Assembly (NCBI GenBank): GCA_002269645.1
Contig: NIVC01003264.1
Coordinates: 17,823-81,822, forward strand
DNA length: 64,000 nt
DNA from: Macrostomum lignano
Lineage: Eukaryota
Direction of reading: 5' to 3'
Shown: piece by piece, positions 53,708 through 63,051 of the stretch
Numbering within the stretch: position 1 is the first letter of the stretch
Layout of the letters: every line of letters begins with the position of its first letter
Position numbers and translations under genes: made by a program
Notes under the pieces: generated by a model
Seen by the model: only the letters and a program-made list of their open reading frames with translations
Told to the model about the DNA's origin: nothing
Databases searched by the model: none

Positions 53708-54569
53708 ATGAAGCGATCACGTCAGCAGGAATTGGCCGAGCGCTATGTTAAACAAGGTAAGATAATCACCTACTCTAGTTCAGTTTTCTTTTTTAGATTG
53801 ACTGTTCGCTATAGTTTAGTTTCTAGATTGATTGTTAGTTCGGTTTCTGTTTAGACCGATCCTCTGTTTGTTCAGTCTCTAGATTGATTTTCTGCTAGTT
53901 CGGTTTCTGTTTAGACTAATACTCTGCTAGTTCAGAATTTCTAGATTGATTGTCTGCTAGTTCGGTTTCTGTTTAGACTGATTCTCTGCTAGTTCAGTTT
54001 CTATATACATTGTATACATGCACCTATACCAAATTTCCCTCATCTTATCCATTATTATAGCATTCAAGAATGGTTTCTTCACGCGGCCACCTCCAGATCA
54101 GTGCAAACGCATTTGCCACGACACCACCACATCCAATTCTGCTGCAAGAGCATCATATTCTACATCTCTCGCCAGAGTAACCTCGATTCATGTCGAGAGA
54201 CAGACAACTGAGCTAGATCGCATTTACACAAGAACTGATGTTATTCAGTCAATTAGGCAGCAATCGAACCCACGACCAACTGACCAACTGCAGTATGCAC
54301 CACCACCACCATCACCAACCAGCTACAATGACCCAACAAAGCAAACTTGCAGTAAGCCTACAAGTACCAAACCAACGACAGCAACTGAAACACCATCATC
54401 ATCAATTGCTATTTCTACCCAAGTTCAACCGCTGCTAAACTCGCCAATTATTGTACAGAAGGACATCAAGTCTGTAAAAGTCTCTCAAATGAGCACAGGC
54501 TTCTACCAAGTAGAATTAGCAAAGACCTGTAATACAACTCAAGTATTTGAATATTGGGACCTATCTTAA
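53708..54569 (+). CDS. Maverick ORF of unknown function; exons 53708-53756 and 54061-54569, 185 aa
   Basis: MKRSRQQELAERYVKQ-G|GTAAGA donor and TTATAG acceptor join in phase 1 (GCA) to the long ORF. The intron contains an approximately 61-bp tandem repeat. Confidence 0.6.
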
Positions 54570-54819
54570 AAAGACATTTTTTCTAACTCTTCATAAAATT
54601 TTGCCAGCAATGTGTCCAAGTAATTGCTCTTTTAGTATATATCAAACAAGTCTGTAATCAATAATATAATCTCTATAAATTCATTATTCTAAAAAATTCT
54701 TTCAATTTTATTCGCCATTCATTGAAATTATTTAATTCAATATAAAGTCAATATCTTGTACAGTCATCATTAAACAAAAATTATTAATCCATGCAAATAA
54801 TTTTTTTTTCATACGTTTC

Positions 54820-55520
54820 TTTAGCCATGGTCTGGCTTTTGCCTCAACAGTATGATTTAGCTGTGGTCCAGCTTTTGCCTCAACAGTATGATTTAGCTGT
54901 GGTCCAGCTTTTGCCTCAACAGTTTTTAGCCGTGGTCCGGCTTTTTTGCCTCAGCAGTATGATTTAGCTGTGGTCTAGCTTAAAACTGCATCAACAGTGA
55001 TTTAGCTATAGTCCAGGCTTAACTACCTCAACGATGATTTAGCTATAGTCAAGGCTTAACTGTCTCAACAGTAATTTTAGCTGTTGTCCAGACTTAACTG
55101 CCTCAACAGTGATTTTAGCTGTGGTCCAGGCAACTGTCTCAACAGGGATTTAGCTGTAGTCCGATTAGCTTAACTGTCCAGTTATTTAGCTGTGAGCCAA
55201 GCAGCAGCACCCGTCTCAACAGTGAGAATTAGCTATGGTCAGCTTTACCTCAACTGTGATTTGGCTGCTGTGGTCTAGCATAACTGACTCAACAGTAATT
55301 TTAGCTGTAGTCGTCCAGCTTAACCACCCGTCCAGTTTTATAACCATGGTCCAGCTTAACCACCGTCTCAACGTACAGCGATTTAGTCGTGGTCCAGCTT
55401 AACCGTCTCAACGTACAGTGATTTAGCCATGGGTCTAGTAGCAATTAACCGTATCAATAGTGATTTAGCCGTGGTCCAGCTTAACTGTCTCAACACAGTA
55501 ATTTAGCTTAGTCCAAACAG
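54820..55520. repeat. About 36-bp degenerate tandem array inside the Maverick (GCCTCAACAGTATGATTTAGCTGTGGTCCAGCTTTT)
   Basis: First copies near-identical at 36-bp spacing, diverging progressively 3'-ward. Confidence 0.88.
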
Positions 55521-56165
55521 CATTTGTGTGTCAACTGCACTGACTGCATGCGGTTATAGCAGCGGCAGTCATTATAGTCCCAACAAGCTGCGCGTCGCAG
55601 CATGATAGTGTAACTCTATATAGCTTCTGCTCAATATAGGACTGCAAAAGCTGAGTTACAACTATACCTTTTTCTGTTTGAAAAGTAACACTCTATATAT
55701 AGGTTACTCAAGCAATCTCTTGTCACCGTGCGAGCTAAAAAATTCCAACATGCAAGCAAAACTTTCAATAAATTAATTTCATAGCACCGCGTGCAGCTTA
55801 TTTTTACTCTAAAATCCAAGATTGCTAATTTTTCAAGTCGCAAAATATTTTAATTACATTCTACTTGAGAACAAAACCAATCTAATGAAGCAGCAACCAG
55901 CAGTCTTCTTATTAAACGCTTGCCATCGTGTTACTCTTGCAAATTTATAACTAGTGTGCCTAAGATTCATAAATTTTATTGTATAAAATATGAACCTACA
56001 TTTGCGTAAAATTAGACCTAATCATGCAACCCACCCTAGAAACTTATGCCACCTTTGGCACGCAACAATGTCTTAATCAGCACGCAACAATTAAATTTGT
56101 TTACTAGTTCACAAACAGCATGCAATGCTTGCTATAAATACAAGACCCGAAATGGTCAATTTTTC

Positions 56166-57417
56166 ATGAGCTCAATCATTACAGCAAAAGAAATACTATA
56201 TTCAATTGCTTGTAAGACATGGCAGCTTGCATCAAGACGGAGTCAATTGTACGCTCCGACTCGAGTCCGATTTTTTACGTTGGAGAGCAGTCTACAACCA
56301 CGACTGGTTCGTCCTGCCAGTTTCGATCTATTACGTGGAAACCATCAATCGAGTGTACAAAATGGTACCCAATTATATTGCAAACCAAGGCTCCAATGGA
56401 GCTTTTTCGTGGAATCGCAGAAAGGCCAGAGCTCGATCATCCGTCTTGCAGACACGACTCTCGCGACGCAGTAAGTGTCCAATTTCATCCAGACAGCTGC
56501 GATAAGGAACTCTTCCACTCTCTCCGGTGAGCACCATATTAAATTTATACAATTAATTTTAGGAAACTATATTAATAATTTATATAATGTTTTGCAGTCA
56601 AGTCGAAAAAGGTCTATCGGTCAAGTTGAACGAGATTCAAGATGCTCGACCCTTGGCACGACTAACAAAACCAGCTCATCAGCATGCTAACGACGTCCTC
56701 GAGTTTGTGCCTCAACAATGGCTGGCTATAAAGCCTGCTTACCCTTGTGCCACAATCAGGATCAGCAACGATCATCCACACGGGAAGGAGGTGTCCATTT
56801 CCGATTTCAAAGGTGTCAGCGGTACCTACCAAATGACAGTGCAAGCAACGAGCTTGTATTGTCCAAAAGGCTGCCTCGTCTGGCGCATTACATTCGCTGT
56901 GCGCTCTCTGACACTCATAGAATCTTCCGACAACATGTTGCAGCGCCTCGACATGTTCAAGGGAGTGCTTGCACACCTACCCGCGACCAAGTCAGCAATT
57001 AGAAGCAGGAGTCCGTCCCCAACATCTACCTGTGAGCAAGAAGAAGCAAATGAACAAAGCCTGCAGAATTCAAGCCAGGTGACACCTGCCAAGTCACCTG
57101 CAAAGCGTCGGTCTACCACCACCGTATCGAAGAAGTCGACTACATCGAATGCAGCGCCAGCCTCTATTGAACCGCCGCCTAAAAAGCAAGTTCGAAAACG
57201 CAGCGGTGCAAAACAGCAAAACAATTCTGCCGAAGCTGGTGCAGATGGCACAGACTGGGTGGAGGCTCCACCAGCAAAGATCTTGGTGAGTACACCTGCC
57301 TCTGGAACCAGGGTAGCGTCCAAGGAGACAGCATTTTTAAAGCGTGCTGCTGCGGACGCTACTACAGCTAGCGTGTCTTCATCGGACGACTCGTACAGCA
57401 GCTCTGATGATGAGTAA
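56166..57417 (+). CDS. Maverick ORF, exons 56166-56470 and 56598-57417, about 374 aa; possible OB-fold ssDNA-binding protein
   Basis: A 127-nt GTAAGT...TTTTGCAG intron joins two track ORFs in phase 2 (CA|T). Beta-rich core ending WRITFAVRSLTLIE, S/T/K-rich tail, acidic terminus SSSDDSYSSSDDE. Function is inference; an alternative ATG exists at 56046. Confidence 0.65.
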
Positions 57418-57626
57418 CAAAATTTTGACTAATTTTATCCAAGTTTTAACTAACTTATTCCACTATATTTATCAAATTTTTGGCTAGGGAAATATTATTT
57501 TTTAGGGAAAAGCTCAAAACATTTTTTGCTACTCCTTGTACGCTAACCAGGTTTTGTAATTTAATATTAGAATTTACGATAGTATAGTCATGTTTAACTT
57601 TTCTTATTATTTATTTTCCGTTTTAG

Positions 57627-58184
57627 CGACTTGTCCTATTAATAGTTACTGCGAGTCTGAAGCTGCACCCGTTTGAAAAATTTGATTTAAAGCAGACCAA
57701 ACAGAAGCTACAGACCAGAAACCGGTTTTGCAAACTATTCCTAAGCCGACCAACAATGCTAAAGACAATTTATTCAAATGCTAAAATCCAACTTTATCCA
57801 GCAGGAAAACTAACTATATATGGCTGTAAATCAAATTCTCAGATAGTCTCAGTTTTACGATTTATCAACGACACTATTAATTGTGTAGATTTTGATTCAG
57901 TAAAAATTCAGAGCAGTACCTATGTCGGCTTTATTGGTCATCTTTGGCCAAAATTCGGTTTCTCTAGTCTAAAAAGATATGCAGGCTACTATTCGAATTA
58001 TCTGGTTGGATACGATGCAGAAAATTTCCCACAAGCAGTTTCTGTTAGATCAGCATCAAAACCAAGGCTTTTTTGTAACATATTTTTTTCGAAAAAGTTT
58101 GTTATTATGGGCGTTCAAAACACTCATGAATTGAATAATATTCTTAACCATGTCAAGGATTTTTTAATCTCTGTTAATAACTAA
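57627..58184 (+). CDS. TATA-binding-protein (TBP)-fold protein, 185 aa from the splice acceptor, with no ATG before the first TBP repeat
   Basis: IVTASL...KFDLK ~ IVSTVNL..KLDLK; LYPAGKLTIYGCKS ~ IFSSGKMVCTGAKS; VKIQ ~ FKIQ; YDAENFP ~ YEPELFP; KPRLFCNIFFSKKFVIMG ~ KPRIVLLIFVSGKVVLTG. Confidence 0.82.
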   Translation, partial: RLVLLIVTASLKLHPFEKFDLKQTKQKLQTRNRFCKLFLSRPTMLKTIYSNAKIQLYPAGKLTIYGCKSNSQIVSVLRFINDTINCVDFDSVKIQSSTYVGFIGHLWPKFGFSSLKRYAGYYSNYLVGYDAENFPQAVSVRSASKPRLFCNIFFSKKFVIMGVQNTHELNNILNHVKDFLISVNN

Positions 58185-58407
58185 ACTTAACAAGTAAACA
58201 ATTGCTGTCAAATCGCAGTTGCGATGCATTCTTTTACAAACATTTTGTCTTTTTTTATTTATTTACCAATTGTTTTCTCTAATAGTAAACGTGTCAGCTA
58301 TACCTATAACTAACCAAATCATCATTTTTCTTACAGCCGCAAATGACAAACCGGATCATCTATTAATATTATGCTCGATACGCTCGTTGTCGAGCTAGGT
58401 GCACACA

Positions 58408-59145
58408 ATGCCGCGTGCACAATGCCAAATCTGCAGAAAAAAGTTCAGTAATCAAGCCGAGCTGCATGCTCACTCGCATGGTGCTTGTTTTTCACCGCAA
58501 CGATTACTGACCGGATCGCTGCAAAACCTGATCGAAAACCCACCAGATGGGTGGTCCATCGCTTTGCGCGAGTCAGCTCATCGTGGTCGGGTAAATTTTG
58601 TCGAATTTACTCCCACTCTTGAACAACAAGGCAACAGCTCTGGCGAGTTACTTCCTGGCGAGTTGATTGCGTCTTTAAGAGAACCAATATTTAAAATATT
58701 GGAAAAAATTGGCTCACCCAGTTTATTAATAAGAGTCTGCTTTCACTTGAAAGTGACACTATTTCGACCGAAAACAGCAGCAGACGACAACGATGGCTCG
58801 AGCAGCGAAGAGATCATTTCGGTCTATTTTAATACCAACATTGCGACAATATCATTTGATGAGACGATTGCAAACAGTGACATGCTGTTATCTCCCGAGG
58901 CCTACAATGACTGGTTCGCACGCGTTATTAATCAGTTGTTAATAAAAATTGACAATTTTCAATCTCGAGGTAGTAATTGGCAATATAGAGCAATCGAGCA
59001 GCTAGACTTGATGCTCTGCGTTTATCGCAAAAGCCATGCAAGCACACTGTCAACAAATACGTCCCACGGTGGTGTGGGGGCGGGCGGCGGCAGTGGTGGT
59101 GGTGGCGGCGGTGGTGGTGGTGGTGGTGGCGGCGGTGGTGGTGGT

Positions 59146-59177
<32 letters not shown>

Positions 59178-59508
59178 GCGCGGGGAGTCCGGTCCAGTCC
59201 GGTCCGGTCCAGTCCGGTCCGGTCTGGTTAAGCAGCAATCGTTTAAAGTTCCAGTCTCAATCGGTCGCAAAGCTGGAGCAGTACTGCTTCTAAAGCCGCA
59301 CAGAGCAGTTTAAAGCATCAAGACTATTTAAGAGTCTTACACAAGCGACAACTTGTGTTTTCGCGCATGCAGTCCATTCGTTCTCGAAAACAGAAAGTTT
59401 TTTTTGATGCAACAAAGAAAACTTGCACTAAGCTTCTTCGATACGAAGCGATCCTGGACAAGTTCAATTAATTCGCTACCCTTTGGACACTGGCACTTGG
59501 CTAATTAA
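58408..59508 (+). pseudogene. Protein-primed family-B DNA polymerase, internally deleted (N-terminal ZnF/terminal-protein region plus extreme C-terminus)
   Basis: C2H2-like CQICRKKF.....LHAH; ESAHRGR; YFNT; KIDNFQSRGSNW; poly-Gly; then from about 59292 in other frames LKHQDYLRVL...MQSIRSRKQKVF/LMQQRKLALSFFDTKR......SLPFGHW*. No Exo or Pol A/B/C motifs. Confidence 0.8.
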
Positions 59509-59800
59509 TTAACAATATGCTCTGATCTCTTTTGTTGTACAAAGTAATAGCATGCTATAGAAGACTGTAACCCATCATTAATTTTTTCATTGATCATTAT
59601 TTACAATAAATAAATGATACCGGCATTCGTTTAAATTATAATTTTAGCACTTTTTTGTGTTTAATTATTTGAAAAAGTATATTTTTTATAGTTAGATTCT
59701 CAAGACTAAGCTTGTGTTTGTAGTAGACGTAAATGTAGTGCTATCGTTCATGTTTCAAGAAAAAAAACTTTTTTTTAAACTTTCAGCTACAAGAATCGAC

Positions 59801-60283
59801 ATGAATCCCGAGCAGCAGCAGCAACAACAACTAACTGATCGTAAGCTTTTAGTTGAACGTCTATACGATTCGGCAACGATTCCGACCCGAAAAACTGTCG
59901 GGTCGATCGGGTATGATCTTTGCGCTGGCGTCGATGGTACCATTCCGGCCTACGAGTCCCGGAGTGTGCGAACCGGACTCAAAATTCGCTTACCGCCTGG
60001 TACCTATGGCAGGATAGCGGGACGTTCCAGCATGGCTCTGCACAGCTTATTTGTTGGCGGTGGCGTAATCGACCCCGACTATACTGGTGAAATCTGTATA
60101 GTCTTGTTTAATTACAGTCCGGAAGACTTTGAGTACTATGCCGGGCTCAGTATTGCACAACTGGTTCTGGAGCAGGCCGTGCTTGCTTCAGTCTATGTGA
60201 CTGAAGCAGACAATTCGATTCGGATGATTGAGCCGCCGACCAAGCGGCGCGGCTTTGGCGGCTTTGGCAGCACTGGCCAATAA
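59801..60283 (+). CDS. dut: Trimeric dUTPase
   Basis: All five motifs: GYDL, GRSS, GVIDPDYTGEI, IAQLV, RGFGGFGSTG. Confidence 0.96.
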   Translation: MNPEQQQQQQLTDRKLLVERLYDSATIPTRKTVGSIGYDLCAGVDGTIPAYESRSVRTGLKIRLPPGTYGRIAGRSSMALHSLFVGGGVIDPDYTGEICIVLFNYSPEDFEYYAGLSIAQLVLEQAVLASVYVTEADNSIRMIEPPTKRRGFGGFGSTGQ

Positions 60284-60398
60284 GTATAATAATAATAATA
60301 AACTGATTTTTTTCTTTGGTGATTGGTGCACTATGCGAGAGCTTTGTAAATACTATAAGCAATTTTAAAAATTTATGCCTAAAATATATGTTGTAAAA

Positions 60399-60818
60399 AT
60401 GTCTCCAGCGAAAGATCGAGGTTTTAAAAAGAAAAAGAAGAGCATTCGTAAAAAGAAGAAATCTATTAGAAAGATTAATAAAAAGCAACAAGGTTATGGT
60501 GTCGTAAATTGGTTAATTAATCATTTACCATTTGAAGCACATTTACCCGGCGGATATCAGTTTTGTGGTCCAGGTACGCAACTGCAAGCTAGGCTAGCAA
60601 AAGGACAACGAGGAATTAATCGGCTTGACAATTTGTGCATGCTTCACGACGTGGCCTATGATAAAAATTCTGACGTGCAAGAGAGGTTAAAAGCTGATAA
60701 GCTATTAGAATCTGGTGCACGAGAGATTGCCCACGATCCGTCTACTGGTTGGAAAGAAAAACTAGCTGCGAAGTTGGTTACCAAGGTTATGCAAGTTAAG
60801 CAACGCTTTGGTGCTTGA
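60399..60818 (+). CDS. Parvovirus-VP1u-like phospholipase A2 virion protein with basic N-terminus
   Basis: Ca-loop YQFCGPGT, catalytic HDVAY, ADKLL; K/R-rich N-terminus. Alternative ATG at 60375. Confidence 0.9.
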   Translation: MSPAKDRGFKKKKKSIRKKKKSIRKINKKQQGYGVVNWLINHLPFEAHLPGGYQFCGPGTQLQARLAKGQRGINRLDNLCMLHDVAYDKNSDVQERLKADKLLESGAREIAHDPSTGWKEKLAAKLVTKVMQVKQRFGA

Positions 60819-60820
60819 AA

Positions 60821-61510
60821 ATGCAGCAGCCATACAATATGCAACTAGCTCACGATTCTACATTTATTATTGCTGGACCTTCAAACTCGGGTAAAACTGA
60901 ATGGACGTTGCGTTTGTTGACTGAACGAAAAGAATTATTTGATAAAAAACCGTGCCGTCTTGTTTGGTGCCATGGATCAAGTTTGAAACCAGACGATCAA
61001 CAACGAATTAGAACATGCTGGCAAAAAAGCGGTCTTGACCCTATTGTTTTTGTACCCGAATTCACACCACAGATGATTAATCGTTTTTTACCACACGATT
61101 TGGTTGTTGTTGACGACTTGCAAAGCGAGATTGCTAAGTTGCCAGAATTTACTAGTATGTTTACAAAGCATGCGCATCATATCCCTTTGACTTGTCTGTA
61201 CCTTTGTCAAGGTCTTTTTAACAAGTCTGATCCAGAAGCACGCATGCGAAGTTTATCAGCTAGTTATATTTGTCTAACTCGTAGTGTGCGCGATCGAACC
61301 ACAGTTGAACATCTCGGTCGACAAATGTATCCGCGTAATAGTAGGTTTCTAGTGAATGTGTATGAAGACGCAACAAATAACAAACCTTTTTCATATTTAT
61401 TCATTGACCTGCGGCAAGTGACACCAGATTTTTTACGATTGAGAACAGGAATATTTTCTGGTGATGAACAAGTTGTCTATACTCGTGAATGTGATGCAAA
61501 GTTTGTGTAA
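60821..61510 (+). CDS. A32-like (FtsK-HerA) genome-packaging ATPase
   Basis: Walker A GPSNSGKT, Walker B VVVDD, FTKHAHH...YLCQGLF, PFSYLFIDL....PD.LRLRTGIF. Confidence 0.95.
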   Translation: MQQPYNMQLAHDSTFIIAGPSNSGKTEWTLRLLTERKELFDKKPCRLVWCHGSSLKPDDQQRIRTCWQKSGLDPIVFVPEFTPQMINRFLPHDLVVVDDLQSEIAKLPEFTSMFTKHAHHIPLTCLYLCQGLFNKSDPEARMRSLSASYICLTRSVRDRTTVEHLGRQMYPRNSRFLVNVYEDATNNKPFSYLFIDLRQVTPDFLRLRTGIFSGDEQVVYTRECDAKFV

Positions 61511-61567
61511 TATTATTATAAGCAAATTATAAACTGTTGTCAATATTAGTTTGTGTTTTATTTCAAA

Positions 61568-62557
61568 ATGAGTTTTTACGTTTTTTTGCCGTCAAACGAT
61601 ATCAGTTACGAAACCAACTCGCCTAATGAATTTCGAGTGCGACTAACTGAACCAATAAATTTATTGAACGGATTCTTCGAGGTTGCACTAGTTGAATTAC
61701 TGTGCCATGGAGCAATTACGACGCCAAATGCTCATCGTGAGCGTCGATTTGAAGTTCCATATTTTGCGGACATTGACTCAATAATACGATTAAAGAAAAA
61801 CTATTGGGGTCGTGTTTGGGCAGAGGCAGACTTGGATGCTTACGTTTCCTGGCAACCGTCTGGTACAGATGAAAAATTTGCCTGGCTTTTACGAAATTCA
61901 GGCGAAAAAACTATTGGATTAGAACTACCAGTTACATTTATGGACGCTTTCAAATTTGACTCTTGGAAGAAACTTTCTGGACTTGTCTCGGAAAAATTAT
62001 CAAAACCTGCCGCTGGTAGTGTACAACCACCGGATGGTTCATACTTGGATTTGATAAAAAGTCTCGACAATACTCTAGCGCTAGTACCTGAGAACTATTA
62101 TGTTTTTTATTGTGTTCTATCGCCTGGTGAAGCTATACGACTTGTTTCGCATGGAGACTATCTTCGAAAAACGGAAGGAGAAGTGTACATCAAAGTACAC
62201 CAATATTGGTTGAGAAATCGTGTTTGGCGCATTAACAAAACCTACTTGGATGCTGTGCTACCTTCTCCGATGCCTAGTAAAACGGTTTACATGTACTGTT
62301 ACACAGATATAATCGAGTATCAAGCAGTGGGAAGTACATCAGTACCGTTGCTTCGAGTTGTGGAACTCCAACAAAAGAAAAACGGAGAACTTATACGCGA
62401 TAGCAGTGCATTGCAAACACCCTACTACTTGAAAACAAATCGACAACAAATTCACGAGATTTCGATTCGACTATCGGACCAGCGCGGAAAACCGTTTAAT
62501 TTTGATCCGGGAGCACACGTTGTTGTCGTACTGCATTTTAAACATAGGTCGGACTAA
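61568..62557 (+). CDS. Minor capsid protein (penton, single jelly roll)
   Basis: FYVFLPSN...N.PNEF.VRL..PI.L...FEVALVE N-terminus; YCYTDIIEYQAVG...VPLLRVV...Y......I.I.L.DQ.G.PF.F...VVVVLHFK C-terminus. Confidence 0.9.
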   Translation: MSFYVFLPSNDISYETNSPNEFRVRLTEPINLLNGFFEVALVELLCHGAITTPNAHRERRFEVPYFADIDSIIRLKKNYWGRVWAEADLDAYVSWQPSGTDEKFAWLLRNSGEKTIGLELPVTFMDAFKFDSWKKLSGLVSEKLSKPAAGSVQPPDGSYLDLIKSLDNTLALVPENYYVFYCVLSPGEAIRLVSHGDYLRKTEGEVYIKVHQYWLRNRVWRINKTYLDAVLPSPMPSKTVYMYCYTDIIEYQAVGSTSVPLLRVVELQQKKNGELIRDSSALQTPYYLKTNRQQIHEISIRLSDQRGKPFNFDPGAHVVVVLHFKHRSD

Positions 62558-62613
62558 TTTATAAGCAAAGATTAATTGTGTAATAGAAAATTTTGTGAAT
62601 TTGTTTTGTAAGA

Positions 62614-63018
62614 ATGAGCGAACTAACAGAAAAAGGAAAACAAAATGCTCGCTCATTGTGTCAGTGTGCTTTTTTACTACAAATTGTTTATCGGCTAAAG
62701 CATCCAAAGCAGAGAAAAAGTTTTTTACAAACACTTTCAGAGTCGGAGATACGATGTCTAGTAGACTTTCTGTTTAATATTATTAGTGGACGTATTAAAA
62801 TTAGTAACTGTAACAAAAGACGACTTGAGAAGCATCGCAGATATATACGCCAGCTTTTGGAACAGAAGACTCCAATTACTGCAAAAAGGAAAATACTTGT
62901 CCAACACGGAGGATTTTTACCTTTTTTGGCTCCAATTATTGCCGCTCTACCTGCTATAAGCACTGCGCTTGGGATAACGTCTGGAGTAGTTGGTACCGCG
63001 CGGGAGCAGCGAATTTAA
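62614..63018 (+). CDS. Small basic Maverick virion protein with an adenovirus pX-like hydrophobic C-terminus
   Basis: KQRK.FL.......I.CL.....NI..G.I......K..L.KH...IR.L...K.....KRKILVQHGGFLPFLAPIIAALPAI. Confidence 0.8.
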   Translation: MSELTEKGKQNARSLCQCAFLLQIVYRLKHPKQRKSFLQTLSESEIRCLVDFLFNIISGRIKISNCNKRRLEKHRRYIRQLLEQKTPITAKRKILVQHGGFLPFLAPIIAALPAISTALGITSGVVGTAREQRI

Positions 63019-63051
63019 TACGATCAATTCAACGAAAGTAGTAGGAATATA

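Noticed and set aside
54018-54060. Apparent signal peptide MHLYQISLILSIII
   Set aside because: Lies in the pyrimidine tract of a phase-compatible intron; better explained as intronic.
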